This document shows positions 1 through 12,228 of a stretch of DNA of 64,000 nucleotides, one piece after another. Under the pieces are notes generated by a model. That model saw only the letters and a program-made list of their open reading frames with translations, was not told the DNA's origin and did not search any database. How positions within the stretch are numbered: the stretch's first letter is position 1; each line of letters opens with the position of its first letter. Origin of the DNA: Octopus vulgaris (Eukaryota); assembly GCA_951406725.2 (NCBI GenBank), contig OX597827.1:35588001-35652000 (forward strand), in the 5' to 3' direction. The translations under genes were made by a program, and so were the position numbers.

Positions 1-546
1 TTCCTCTTCCGAATCTGGTTTCTGTTGTGGAGCTGGTTTCTGTTGAGCCCTTGGTTCCTATCGTGGAACTGGTTTCTTTTGTGCCTGTGGTTCTTATTGT
101 AGAACTGGCTCCTATTGTATCACTAGTTTCTGTTGTGGAAGTGATTCCTATTGTGGAACTAGTTCCAATTGTGGAACTAGATCCACTTGTGGAACTGGCT
201 TCTGTTTTGTCACTGGTTCCTATTGTGTCACTGGTTCCTCTTCTGAATCTGGTTTCTGTTGAGGGACTGGTTTCTGTTGAGCCCTTGGTTCCTATCGTGG
301 AACTGGTTCCTATTGTGGAACTAGTTCCAATTGTGGAACTAGATCCACTTGCGGAACTGGTTTCTGTTGTGTCGCTGGTTGATACTGTGTCAATGGTTTG
401 TAGTCTAGTGTTTGTTTTGGTTACACCCCTGGGGTTTATTATTTCTCTGGGTCCAGTTAAATCCTCAGAATGAGTCACACCATCATCAGTAACAACGGAT
501 GGTACTCTACTTGTGAGAGAGGTTGATTTAGGAATGTGAAATGACC
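1..546 (-). CDS. Mucin-like Ser/Thr-rich repeat exon of a PAN-domain protein (runs off the window)
   Basis: Acceptor tttttttcatttgtag|GG at 547/546, phase 1. The minus strand reads (W)SFHIPKSTSLTSRVPSVVTDDGVTHSEDLTGPREIINPRGVTKTNTRLQTIDTVSTSDTTETSSASGSSSTIGTSSTIGTSSTIG..., built from ~18-nt units. The listed + ORF 27..473 is its antisense shadow. Confidence 0.8.
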
Positions 547-636
547 CTACAAATGAAAAAAACACAGTTTTAGTCATACAAACAGCTTAAAATTGAACAC
601 AGAACACGAAAATATATAACTAGTTTACTAAACCTG

Positions 637-920
<284 letters not shown>

Positions 921-1508
921 TTTAAGAGGCAGAATCACCCTCAAGCAACTCAATCATCATTGAACGTCATTATTCACGATAGGTACATATGGGACTAAAT
1001 ATTAAAAATATCAAAATTAATGGCTTCAATTCTTATTCTAAATCATATACCTTACATTATATAGACTACGCACGTTTCATGACAACATATTCCTCGATAT
1101 TGCTGAAGTAGAAGTTCTCAAATACAATACCATAGTAAAATGATTATATTGCCAATCTTCAGGTCTAGATTATATGAACCTATTTTGCTATTTACATCCT
1201 ATATAAAGACATGACAAACTAAAATTATATAACTAGAAGTTGTCAGAATAATTTTACTTTAGTAAATAATGAACAGAAATGTGGAATAAAAATAGGAAAA
1301 AGAAATGTTAGTAAAAGAAATGTTAACTTATCTGTAGGGTAATTTACTACCCACGAATTAAACAAGGCTACCACATGAATTAAAATTCATCTGTCCCTAG
1401 TGAACAGTCATTAAGACTCTTAACATTATCATAAGCATTACTCTAACTTTTCTTATGAAGTCATTAAAAACATCAAGTATATATATTCACATAAAATTAA
1501 CCACTTAC

Positions 1509-1742
1509 ATGCTATGGGTTTTGTTAGGTCAATATAGTTTCCATCGGTGAGGAGGACTTTGGAGTTCCAGCAGTAAGTCATGATAAGTAATTGACACTGT
1601 CCATTCTTATATGAATAACCACAGCAGTTGGAAGTCGCAGAGCAAACATCTTCACAATACCACACTAAAGAACGGAAGGTAACGTTCGGATATTTTACAC
1701 TGGTATTGATTATTTGGTAAACATTGCTTTTCTTCTGAGTTT
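1509..1742 (-). CDS. PAN/apple-like domain exon
   Basis: ttgcag| acceptor and T|gtaagt donor, phase 1-1, 234 nt. Encodes TQKKSNVYQIINTSVKYPNVTFRSLVWYCEDVCSATSNCCGYSYKNGQCQLL...KPIA, with the C-x3-C-x5-C-x2-[FY]-x-Y...C-x-L PAN spacing. Splices in frame to the exon starting at 546. Confidence 0.8.
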
Positions 1743-1974
1743 CTGCAATAAAGATGTGTAGACAGAGTAAGGATCATCAGACAGAAAGGAAAGGAAGGAA
1801 TAAAAAAAAGGAATGGAAGAAAGAAAGAAAGAAAGAAAGAACAAGAGATAAAATATAAGAAAGAGAAGACAAGAGGGAAAGAAAATGAAAAAGAGAGGAA
1901 GAGAAAGAAGAAATGAAGAAAAGAAGAAAGCAGAAAAGAAAGAGATAGAAAGAAAGTAAAAGAACTATATTACA

Positions 1975-2470
1975 CAACTTAAATTCCCAAAGACAAGCCT
2001 TCTTGGTGAAGGTTGAGAAGTACTTCAGCCCAGATTGTTTACTCACTAATTGCAAAATCACAGTGGAGAATGAGATCCATATTTAGAATACCGCTGCTAC
2101 TATACACAAAGACATCAAGAATTAAATCCATCCAACTGCAAAACTCGTTACAACCCTTGACCCACTGAGACTCTGTCTTCAATCTTCATCTTTTCTATGG
2201 CTACCACGATGGCTGCTACTCTTCTAAACAAACTAATGACATTCCATGGAGCCCATCTGACACACTCGTCTCCCTTCCTCACCCCACTTCTACTATGTTT
2301 CACTCTTCTTAGCAACCTCATTAAGAATTTTACCTGATTCTTTATCTCCATGACCATCGTGCCTATGGAATTCTCTTCCTACTCATTTTCTTCAGACAGG
2401 ATCAGCGTTACACAATGTGTGACAAGGCTGCCTTTGAATTTCCTTTACAGTCCATCTGACGTGTTTTCAC
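1975..2470 (+). mobile_element. Decayed CR1/Jockey-group LINE 3' fragment
   Basis: Broken frames give KYFSPD..LL, LEY, LQPL.H and LFYGYHDGCYSS, resembling the post-RT LQPLSHRR..LSLFYRYY.G.CS motif. Same type as 26380-27190. Confidence 0.5.
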
Positions 2471-2913
2471 ACAGATTTCAACCAAACAGTTTTACTCATA
2501 ATATAAGTCAGTTGCTCAAGATGTTGCTCATTAACGCAACTTTGGTTCGAGGAGGAAGAAATGTCACATTCCTCTCTCTCTCTCTCTCTCTCTCAGGAAG
2601 AAGCTAAGGGAATTTGCTTCGACTGGGAATTGAAACTGAACTGCAGTCTCGACAGACCAACAACTTAACTTTTTTTCTCTACAACGCTCACTCTATTCCA
2701 GCCTCTCTTTAAAAGGGGAATATTTCGATATTCATATGCTTCCCAATGTACGAGTGACGAAGGTGAAGTGAAAAATAACTTTGATACAACTTTAAATTTG
2801 AGTCGTGTCTCGACTCATCAAGTTTGCCAACAGCCACTCTTCCTCACTTGTAAACCTGGAACTTCTTAATCAGTAAATAAAGAACCATATACATAAATAC
2901 ACTATTTACTTAC

Positions 2914-3168
2914 TGTTCTGATCTTGACGAATCATCAGTACTGTCAAAGTATCATGCGTTTCCGGCAATGTAGAATACAATGCATTATTACACTCTTCAA
3001 AATCCAATAGACTGCATAAATTATCAAACAGTTGGAAGTATATGCAGTCACAATGGCCATTATAAATACATCTCAATGCACATTTAGGTAAACAACTTTG
3101 TTTACAATTGCTGGAGTGGTTTCGTGCAGTAAAGTTTTTATTTAGAACCATTTCATACATTCTGCCCC
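2914..3168 (-). CDS. PAN/apple-like domain exon
   Basis: ttttgtttttatag| acceptor and A|gtaagt donor, phase 1-1, 255 nt. Encodes ...SCLPKCALRCIYNGHCDCIYFQLFDNLCSLL..., matching the PAN cysteine pattern. Splices in frame to the exon starting at 1742. Confidence 0.8.
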
Positions 3169-3196
3169 CTATAAAAACAAAAAAAAAATGGTATTA

Positions 3197-3391
3197 ATAT
3201 TGGTTTCAAATTTTGGCACAAACCCAATAGTTTCGGGGTAAAGAGAGAGTCGGTTACATGAATCCACAGTATTCAACGGGTACTTATTTTATCGACACCG
3301 ACAGAATGAAAGACAAAGTCAACCTCAGAACATAAAGAACGTAAAGCATTTTGCCCAGAGTGCCAGCGATTTTGCCAGCTTGCCACCTTAA
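3197..3391 (-). mobile_element. SINE family A (GGCGAGCTGGCAGAA head), non-Tx1 tail
   Basis: Minus strand begins AAGGTGGCAAGCTGGCAAAATCG. Shares the GTCGACTTTGCCTTTCATCC/AAGTACC body with other copies and has the ...TTGTGCCAAAATTTGAAACCAATA tail. Related copies at 4681-4897(+), 31790-32010(-), 32043-32180(+), 60408-60628(-). Confidence 0.75.
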
Positions 3392-3838
3392 AATGGTATT
3401 GATTTGTTATAACTTAAGTAACTAGAGAACTTTTTCTATTTATCTTTATCTATTTATAAGTCACGTGTCAAAACTATCAGTTACATGTAATCCAGTATAA
3501 CTTGTGTTGTCAAATCGTTGTCGACTAAACAAGCAAGCCCATTTTAGTTGCTTTGTGAAGAGTGTGAATTTGGACATCCTACACGATTAAAAACATAGCC
3601 CGTCAAAATGCGGACGAAATCAAGTGAGTCAATTTCCATCCAGTAATGTATATATTTAGGCATGTTAGTAATTTGTGTATGTTTAGTGGCATGTTCGCAT
3701 TTCATTCAAATGATGCGAGGAATAAATAAATAATCTTCATCTCCACATCTTAACTTGTCATTGGACATATTGCATAAGAACTAAAAAGTGAGATTGATGT
3801 GTGTGCAGCTGTTTTTCACTATAAAGATAAGCTTGCGT

Positions 3839-3922
<84 letters not shown>

Positions 3923-4680
3923 CAGATAGATAGATCTGGGTCATTTATAAGATTTGATTATCGAAATATTAAATAGCAGCAGAATGTTACTCTAGCAAAA
4001 GATATTCCTGTTGTGTAAAAAAACTGGGAAGGTCTCATTTAATAATGTAGAGCTAGATATTCCAAAAAAAGATGGGGTGATCATGGCTAGTTTGGTTTTG
4101 TATTCACATCTGCTGTAAAATCTGTGATATGGCAGCCATACTGTGAAGAAAGTAATGTTTAATTTTATAAGTTCATAGCATAGGTATCCAACCTACATTT
4201 AATTACTATTTTGGTCTTAATTTTCAAATGAGTTCTTCCTTCAGATTTTTAGAGATTTTGCTAGTGTGCGAAGTCTTTGCCAGCGCAGCTATATTGCGTC
4301 AAACTACTTTATATCACAACTGAACAACAGCTTTGTTGTTCACTGCATTACTGACGGCGAGAGTGATATGGGCATGTCTATAATTCAATGCAGAACAAAT
4401 ATTTAGAAGGACATTTTTCATAAAGAATCGCATTTTCCCCCCTTCTATCGCCGATATTTCTATCCCTCATCTTTATACGTACAGCTACGGTTTGGGATGC
4501 AACTGAGTCAGAAACCAGGTAGTGGGATACCTCTGAAGAATCATGATAATGGTATATTAGAAAATATAAAATGATTATAACTGCATATATGTATTCAATA
4601 GCTACGATGGCATTCCACCTGTACAACGCATGCAATGAATATAACACAAATGATCTCATCATTCGTTTGCTTTCTTTCTA

Positions 4681-4897
4681 AGGCGGTGAGCAAGCAGAAT
4701 CGTTAGCATGTCGGACAAAATGCTAAGCGGCTTTTCTTCCGGCTTTACGTTCTGACTTCAAATTCTACCGATATCGACTTAACCTTTTACCCTTCAAGTC
4801 AATAAAATAAGTACTCGTTGAATACTGGAGTTGATGTAATTGACTAGCCCACACCTCCAAAATTTCAGGCTTTGTGCCTATAGGAAAAAGAATTATT
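4681..4897 (+). mobile_element. SINE family A copy
   Basis: aggcggtgagcaagcagaatcgttagc head, B-box-like gacttcaaattc, tail ...gctttgtgcctataggaaaaagaattatt. Confidence 0.7.
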
Positions 4898-5047
4898 ATT
4901 AGAGTGATTCCATAAGGTAAGTGGATGACTTCGTGAAAGTTTCTTAATTTTTACGATAAAAAAAGGAGAAAAAAAATGAACTTACATTCAGAAACGACAT
5001 CTATGGGAATCTGTATAAAGAAAATTAAGTATCTTTATGGATGCGTG

Positions 5048-5109
<62 letters not shown>

Positions 5110-5253
5110 CATACATACATACATACATACATACATACATACATACATACATACATACATACATACATACATACATACATACACGAGTAAGCACATGAAT
5201 GCAAAACAAGATGAGAAAAAATAGTATTTGAATACCGAAGGTAGAGTAATATA

Positions 5254-5404
5254 CTTTTATTAAAGCCGAAAAAAATCTTCACAAGCTGCTACTCAGAGTT
5301 TCACATTATCGTTCGTCGAACAGTTGTGATCACAACTATCCGACGAAGGGTAACGTGAAACTCTGAGTAGCAGTTTGTGAAGATTTCTTCAATTTTAATA
5401 AAAG
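5254..5404. repeat. Loopless palindrome with a hammerhead-like motif on each arm
   Basis: Centre gttgtga|tcacaac at 5329/5330. Arms cttttattaaa...tcttcacaagctgctactcagagtttcac and gtgaaactctgagtagcagtttgtgaaga...tttaataaaag. Confidence 0.85.
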
Positions 5405-5423
5405 AATGGATAGATAGATAGAT

Positions 5424-5507
<84 letters not shown>

Positions 5508-5865
5508 TCAAAACAAAGAGGGATTAATAAGGGACAGTGATCCAGATAAAATACTTTTTAAGCTCCATGCAGATAAAAATATACCAAATAACAAAAAAGT
5601 CTTGTAATAGGTATTGTACTCCAGGGAATCCGAAGTCGAAGTCGATCATTAGTCAAATTTGTAAATCCAAGGTTGTATTACCCAGTTAAGTTGTTTGTTT
5701 GTTTGCTTGATTTTTTACAGTTATACATGAAATAGACAGAAATAATGGGTTATATACATGTAATTATTTATTTATTGTAAGCTAACAGCTGTTTCAGATA
5801 TGCATTTGGGAACGTTCATGGCTCAATTTTATTAATCAATTGATCGATGAACTGAAAATATTAGG

Positions 5866-5997
5866 AACTAGAAAATCATTCGGAGAACGCTGACCTCCGC
5901 CAAGCAGCTCATTTCCACCCATATACACGCATGCTGAAAATCGCCCAATTTCCCAAACCAACATCGGCAAAAACATAACCTCCTTGGCGGGGGTAAA
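5866..5997. mobile_element. Short Helentron/HINE-like non-autonomous element
   Basis: Subterminal inverted repeats acctccgccaag / cttggcgggggt with an aaaacataacctcc end. Related ends at 6400-6618 and 63335-63490. Confidence 0.5.
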
Positions 5998-6755
5998 AAA
6001 AAAAATAACACAGCCATATGATTTTCAGGAAAAACCCTTTAAAAACAGGAATCATCTGAAGCAGTTCACAACCACCAACATCATTGTCATTGCTTCCACT
6101 TCAACCACATACACTGCCATCAATGTTATCATGACGATTACCTTGACAGTCACTTTCACCACCACATAACCACTGCAATACCACCATCAACGCCACTATT
6201 ACCACCATCACCTCACTATCACACATCACACCGCTCCTGACGCCATTATAACCGCCGATACTATTTCATCCTCCTACCATACTTATCTCGACCATCGTCA
6301 TCATCAACACTGTCTCTAAACAGCAACGCCACCATAGGTTACGTGGAAACGGTGTGTTTTCAAAGGAGATAATCAAAGAACGTAACAGTGTAATACTTCA
6401 TGTAAAGTAAATATAACAAATTAAAAATCCTTCAAGAATTCATATAAATTCCCGGATCACTACAAAAATTTCATCATCTGTTCCATGTGTCATTACCAAC
6501 TTTTCCTGCAAGTTTCATCAAATACCGTTCACAACTTTTTGAGTTATTTGGCACACAGACGGACAGACGGACAAACCAACGCCAATGAAAACATAACCTC
6601 CTTTCATGGCGTAGGTAACTATCAGCACAATGCTATCTTCCTCAGAACCAAGACTGCGAAAGAAAAAAGATAAATGGAATTTGGTCGGTGTAGTATTATA
6701 CAAAACTAGATCGCTTGTTTCTAGCAATCAACCTTAAGCTACTGTTTTCTCTTGT

Positions 6756-7080
6756 GGAGGCGCGTGGCTTAGAAGTTAGAGTTTTAAGCTCACGATCATA
6801 AGGTCGTAAGTTCGAAAACCAGTGGGGGTGTTGTGTCCTTGAACAAGTCACTTTATTTCACGTTGCTCCAGTCTGCTCAGCTGGCAAAAATGAATAGTAC
6901 CTGTAATTCAAAGTGTCAGCCTTCTCATATTCTGTGTCACATTGAATCTCCCTGAGAACTACATTAAAGGTGCGCATGTCTGTGGAGTGCTCGGCCTCTT
7001 GAACTTTCAGTTCACGAACAGGTTATTCCGCTGATCGGATCACCCGGAACCGTCGTCGTCGCATCCGACGTAGTGCGGAT
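6756..7080 (+). mobile_element. SINE family C (GGAGGCGCGTGGCTTAG tRNA-like head)
   Basis: A-box-like tggcttagaagttag, B-box-like gttcgaaaacc, shared central domain TTGAGCAAAACACTTCATTTCACGTTGCTCCAG. Other copies at 12652-12830, 27677-28169 (tandem pair), 49762-50101. Confidence 0.75.
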
Positions 7081-7472
7081 TTTATTGTTTTCTTTTACCA
7101 CGGGAGAATATTTACATCCTGTAAAAAATTTTGATACCCATCAACTTCGTTAGGCCCAGTGGCAGGATTTTGGTGTTTACTACTATATCTTGGAAACTAT
7201 GTGATGGGGAAGTATTTTTAAATATCTACAAAGGTATCCAGTTCTGTATAAATGCTGACCAAATTCCACCCTCTTTTTAGCCGACCAGCTAAGTAAGGGG
7301 GCGTAAACAAACCAGCACCGATTGTCAAGTGGTGAGTACTCTATGATTCTTTGAATCCTTATTTCCAGTTATGTTTGCATATACGTATATGTCATTCAAA
7401 ATGTGACCGTGTGTGTATCGTTGGCGATTTTTTTCCTCCGTCTTCCCTTCCTTGGATCTTTCCTTTTCCTAT

Positions 7473-7507
7473 GTTTCTGACGAAGAGCTCCACCCGAAAC
7501 GTTAAAT
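7473..7507 (+). ncRNA. Minimal type I hammerhead-like motif in a Penelope-pLTR-like fragment (~7380-7590)
   Basis: TTT-CTGACGA-A-GAGC tcca CCC-GAAAC GTT-AAA. Core intact, stem II mutated, stem III is a loopless ACGT palindrome. Confidence 0.55.
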
Positions 7508-7585
7508 CCTCCTTCTTTCTTTCCTTTCCTGAGCGTCCAATGTCCTCTCGTTGTTGTCTTCTCTTTGTGTTTTCATGTTTGGATT

Positions 7586-7719
<134 letters not shown>

Positions 7720-7763
7720 CATGGAAAAACGCGAGCAAGAGAAATAATATTCTTAAGATTATA

Positions 7764-7848
7764 AACCTGGAAAATTACAGGACAAGTTATTGCACCTGGG
7801 AAAGTTCAGGACAACTTATTACATCTGGGTAAAGTACAGAACATTTTC
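7764..7848. repeat. ~29-30-bp minisatellite, 3 copies
   Basis: acctggaaaattacaggacaagttattgc / acctgggaaagttcaggacaacttattac / atctgggtaaagtacagaaca. Confidence 0.75.
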
Positions 7849-8060
7849 TTAAAATATTGCAGCTAAGAATAAAATTTCAAATAAAATATTTAGATTTAGA
7901 AAATATCAGCTTTTATCATAACTAAAAATTTTATTAGAAGTTGTTATTACTTCTATTTGTTATTACTTATTACTTATATTAAAAATAAAAATAACTCAAA
8001 ATATTTTTTGCACTTTTAAAAAATTCATTTTTTAAATTATTAATTAATAATTAGAAATTT

Positions 8061-8512
8061 GAAATTAGAAATATTAAATTTCTAAATGTCTCCGAGAGAC
8101 ATGAGCGGTGGTGGAGCGATATAGAGGTTGTGTACTGTCAGCTCAGCGTGACAGTCCGTAAGGGAATTACACCACCACCATTTAGCCCTAGGAAACATCG
8201 ACGTTTCCTGTCGGCTTTGACACATTTTCTGCTTATATTTGCAAAGGGGAGGCAATCACCCCCGCCAGCTGGGACTAGCACCTGAAGACATATGTTTCTG
8301 AGTGTATTGCTCGTCATTAGTCCAGGGTAGCCAGTCTCGCTCGCTGAGATGACTGCAACCTCTCTGCAAATATATCCTATTTTCAGTAAAATTTATTTAC
8401 TGATCACCGAAATTAGAAATAGTGAATTTCTAAATGTCTCCGAGAGACATGAGCGGTGGTGGTGGAGCGATATAGTGGTTGTGTACTGTCAACTCCACTC
8501 CACCACCGCTCA
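8061..8512 (-). mobile_element. 348-nt direct-repeat-bounded unit with one hammerhead-like motif (retrozyme/pLTR-like)
   Basis: tctaaatgtctccgagagacatgagcggtggtgg...gttgtgtactgtca occurs at 8081 and 8429 (period 348). Hammerhead-like motif at 8281-8326 on the minus strand. Confidence 0.6.
8281..8326 (-). ncRNA. Degenerate type I hammerhead motif
   Basis: CCTGGA-CTAATGA-CGAG caataca CTCA-GAAAC atat GTC-TTCAGG. 6-bp stem I, palindromic stem III (ACATATGT), G5A in the core and one stem II mismatch. Confidence 0.6.
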
Positions 8513-9222
8513 TCAAAGACATTTATAGATTGTATATTTATTCTGTCCAGTTACGTATCAGTATAGCGGTCATTTGCAAACTCCAACTTTCATTTCTCCT
8601 TAGCCCTCACGTCACACAGTTGTTAATGTTTATTTCAGTTGGGTCACGCCCTTCCAATTGCTATAGATTCGTAATGCATCTTACGGCTGTGCCTGTCACC
8701 TGGATGGTGAGGAATCCTATATTGGGAGTGGTAACGACTAGGGTACTGTAGCTGACTGCTTAATGTGATCATTCGTCTGTTGGTTTCCTGTAGCTTTGCT
8801 CTTTTTTACAAACCCAGCGAACATATATTTCCTATTTCAAAGAAATTCAAACAATAGATATAAGACCCAAGTTAAAAAGATTCTCAACAATTCAACTTCT
8901 CTGGTTGACATTAAGATGCCCACCCCCAATAGGGGCGTTAACTTACACATTTTAGAGCTCCATGACCTCCATATTTCAGGAGTAAAATCATTTTAACAGG
9001 TTCTATAAGACTGGAATTTTGGAATATGCGCATAAAAATCAGTAGTATGGGATACATGTGGCACGATTACAATTTTGTTTGGGTGTGTAAAGAGGGAAAT
9101 AACCCTCATCTGCAATTTTGATGAAATTCGAAACATAGGTATTCCAGTTCGTTACAGAAAATATAACAGAAAAGTATAATTCTTCAATTGTATGTAACTC
9201 GGGCAACGCCGGGTAACTCTGC

Positions 9223-9225
<3 letters not shown>
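8512..9225 (+). mobile_element. Non-autonomous Helitron-like element, 3' part
   Basis: Ends in the hairpin ctcgggcaacgccggg followed by CTAG|T. The segment 8512-9130 is nearly identical to 52526-53145. Confidence 0.7.
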
Positions 9226-9276
<51 letters not shown>

Positions 9277-9439
9277 TGTTGTGTCTGGGGAGTCATTTTC
9301 TTTTTTGTGCCTTATAACAGAATATGCTTCAACACACGAACTCATATAAATAATCTTGCAAACCAAATTCAAAAACGAAATATATATATATACATATAAT
9401 TATATATACATACATACATACATACATACATACATACAT

Positions 9440-9483
<44 letters not shown>

Positions 9484-9685
9484 TATCAGATAAGAGAAAA
9501 AATCTATCAGAAAGGCACTCTATCTCTCTTTAAAAAATATCTTTTGATAAGCATAACAAATGCGCAACCGGTAAAAAGAAATTTCACCTAATTAAATACA
9601 CTCTCCCTTACTTAAATTATTTTGCCAGCATTTTCTTCATTTCCTTTTTTTATATATCACAACTCGTGTTCCACATCTCCTTTTT

Positions 9686-9766
<81 letters not shown>

Positions 9767-9774
9767 ATATATAT

Positions 9775-10175
9775 ATTCTCTTTTACACGTTTCAGTCATT
9801 TGACTGCAGGCATACCGGAGCACCGCTTTTAGTTGAACGAATCAACCCCAGGACTTTTTCCTTGTAAGTCATGTACTTGTTCTATCGGTCTCTTTTGCCG
9901 AACTGCTAGTTTCGGGGACATAAACACATCAATATCGGTTGTCAAACGATGGTAGAGGGACAAACACAGACACAAAGACACACACATAAATATAAATGCA
10001 TATAAATATACACGACGAGTTTCTTTCGGTTTCCGTTTACCAAATCCACTCACAAGGCTTTGGTCGGCCCGAGGCTATAATAGAAGACACTTCCCTAAGG
10101 TGCCACATAGTGGGACTGAATCCGGAATCATGTGGTCAGAAAGTAAGCTTCTTACCACACAGCCACGCCTGCGAC
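9775..10175 (-). mobile_element. SINE family B (GGCGCAGG..GGCTGTGTGGTAAG head, CORE-like GGCACCTTGGGCAAGT)
   Basis: Collinear with 36866-37440(+). Further copies at 29200-29580, 31365-31770, 33040-33400, 40590-40950, 41130-41525, 51028-51340. Confidence 0.75.
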
Positions 10176-10214
10176 TTTTATATATATGGACACGCGCATA
10201 CACACACACACACA

Positions 10215-11168
10215 TTTGTGGTGTGGCTTCATCAAAAAAGTGGAACGGTTTTAGGTATTCAGGTAACAAAAAAAAGGTGATCATTTTAACAAATTAAAAT
10301 ATTTTTGGAATTTTAAAGACGATCGTTTAAAAGACGATGCTTGATATTTTGGACCACTTAGCTTAATGGCACAGAGGACTTAATCAAAGTTTGAGAGATC
10401 TGGAGATCGATTTTCTGTAGGGGCATGATAGCCAACTGGTTTTTTTTTTCTGTTTTCTAAGCCTATCTTCTATGCTGTTTTCACTGCTATTCTGTATTCG
10501 ATATTTCCTTTATTATTTGTAAAATACCAACTCACTCACCCCGCCCCGCCCTAAGTTATTCTTAAGGACAAATTTTGTCACTCGCAAGCTCTTCTAGGCT
10601 TCATCACTACTTCGGTTCCCAGCCAAATTGAACGCGGGTTTTTTTAGCAATGAGATAAAATAGCTAAAATTTGGTTCATTAAAAAGAAAGTTAAAGTAAA
10701 TTGCAATTAAAAAAGAAAAGTATAGATTAATTAAATCTAAAAGTCTGTGCTCATTGGGAAGAATCTTTCGGAGACAAACACGCTAAAAAGTTGGCTACAA
10801 AAAAGTGGTGTGTCTTTAAGTGGTGATCATTTTAACAAATCAAAATGTTTGTCATTTTAAGATATTTAGCATTATAAAAGACAGTAGCTGCTGTTAATTC
10901 TCTTTGCTTTATGGTATAGGGCGCTTGATCGGAGTTTGAGATATACGGGGCTCGATATTCTGGAATGACTTGCTTGCCACTTTTTCATTTTTTTTTCTCC
11001 GTTTGCTAAGGGGTATTTAGTCAATCCTCTAACCTGCTTCCACAGCTATTCTGCGTTCGAGATTTACTTTAGATGAAAGAGCTCTTTGAGAAGAATCTTA
11101 TGGAGAAAATCTTGTCGAAAAAATTACAAAAATGTTGTGTGGCTTTAAGAGACGAAAAAAAGGTGACT
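10215..11168. repeat. Diverged tandem duplication, period ~546 bp
   Basis: ggtgatcattttaacaaat at 10276 and 10822, each followed by matching gagtttgagat...tcgat and ctattctg...tcga blocks. A third unit starts near 11130-11168. Confidence 0.6.
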
Positions 11169-11169
11169 A

Positions 11170-11490
11170 TTCTATTCTAATCGCCCTTTTCAAAGCGAAC
11201 CGTCATCTATTGTTGACGATTGCCCCCGTCAACGTTCGCTTCACTAATCCACTAACTCGGTCTCTGAAAGATTTGCGCGCCGGCAAGGATGCGTTCAGCT
11301 TCCAGTAACCGGGTACCTGTCTAAGGAGTCTATAACTCGACTGTACAGGTTACAAAGTTGTGGTCTGTGTAGTCGATTACTTTAAACTGTGAACAATCTA
11401 TGCTATCCTTATCTGCTTCTCTACAGAATTACCCTATCTAGATACGATCTGAATGACCTGATGCGGTTTGACCAGGTCCACGCTGGTACA
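11170..11490 (-). mobile_element. Tx1/L1-clade LINE endonuclease-end fragment
   Basis: Reads VPAWTWSNRIRSFRSYLDRV..., then DYTDHNFVTCT and PGYWKLNAS across frameshifts. Homologous to ORF 56270..57289. Confidence 0.8.
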
Positions 11491-11899
11491 ATAAGATTTT
11501 TTTCTCTCTCTTGAACTAATCTTTCAAAATTTTCCTAATGGTCTCTGTTGTAACTTTGATATGTTTGTCTCGTGTATTGCCATAGTTTATTTGTTCATTT
11601 ACTCTGAAACAATCACACTGAAAATATTCTGATACGTTAACTTTAAGAATGAAGTTTTGAACGATTCCTTTGTTGAACTGTGTATGAAATATGATACCCT
11701 TCTACACAATACAGAATATATATGAATACTCTCACTTTGCCTTATGGCCACGCCGGTAAGCATCAAAGTATGGTCTGTCATATTTGCTTCGTTGAAGCCA
11801 ATATTAATAGATAATGGTATCCCGATGCTAACATTTGATTTTATGAGGGATGATAAAATTAATAATTTGAATTTCTTTTCCCTTCTGTTCAGTATAATC

Positions 11900-12228
11900 C
11901 AGTGATTCCCAATGTGGGGCACACGCCTCACCGGTGGGGCCTGGGTAAATTGTGGTGAGGCGTGTGACCTAAATTTTTTCTTATTTTTTTAGCGGCACAT
12001 GGAATTATGAAAATCTTTGTTTTTTTTTTTTAGTCAATAATGTACATTTGGGGGGGGGGGGACTTGATACTTAATAAAAAAAAAGTTACCGGTAGATTCT
12101 TTCGTATTAAATAATTGTGATAAAATATTTAAAATAGAGTTGTTGCTTTTTCCCCCACCACCAGTGGGGCATACATTTTTCTGGAAAGTTATAGTGGGAC
12201 CTGGGGAAGAATCGGTTGGGAAACACTG
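11900..12228. mobile_element. hAT-type MITE with 8-bp TSD
   Basis: TIRs CAGTGATTCCCAA / TTGGGAAACACTG; perfect TSD GTATAATC at 11892-11899 and 12229-12236. Confidence 0.9.

Noticed and set aside
27-473. 148-aa Val/Leu-rich plus-strand ORF resembling a membrane protein
   Set aside because: Antisense shadow of the Ser/Thr repeat exon, which has proper splice signals on the minus strand.
4378-4662. 94-aa ORF as an extra exon of the PAN gene
   Set aside because: No cysteine pattern and no phase-compatible splice pair found.
5784-5796. GAAACAGCTGT (minus), a hammerhead stem III-like palindrome
   Set aside because: No CTGANGA partner nearby; too little to call.
6756-6830. tRNA-like sequences at SINE heads
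   Set aside because: A/B-box-like motifs continue into SINE bodies; no complete cloverleaf, so not called as tRNA genes.
7764-7848. ~30-bp repeats as a CRISPR-like array
   Set aside because: Contiguous tandem units without unique spacers, in a eukaryotic context.
8479-8996. Paired ORFs repeated at 52430-53010, suggesting a duplicated gene
   Set aside because: They lie inside a dispersed Helitron-like repeat; ORF retention follows from high nucleotide identity.
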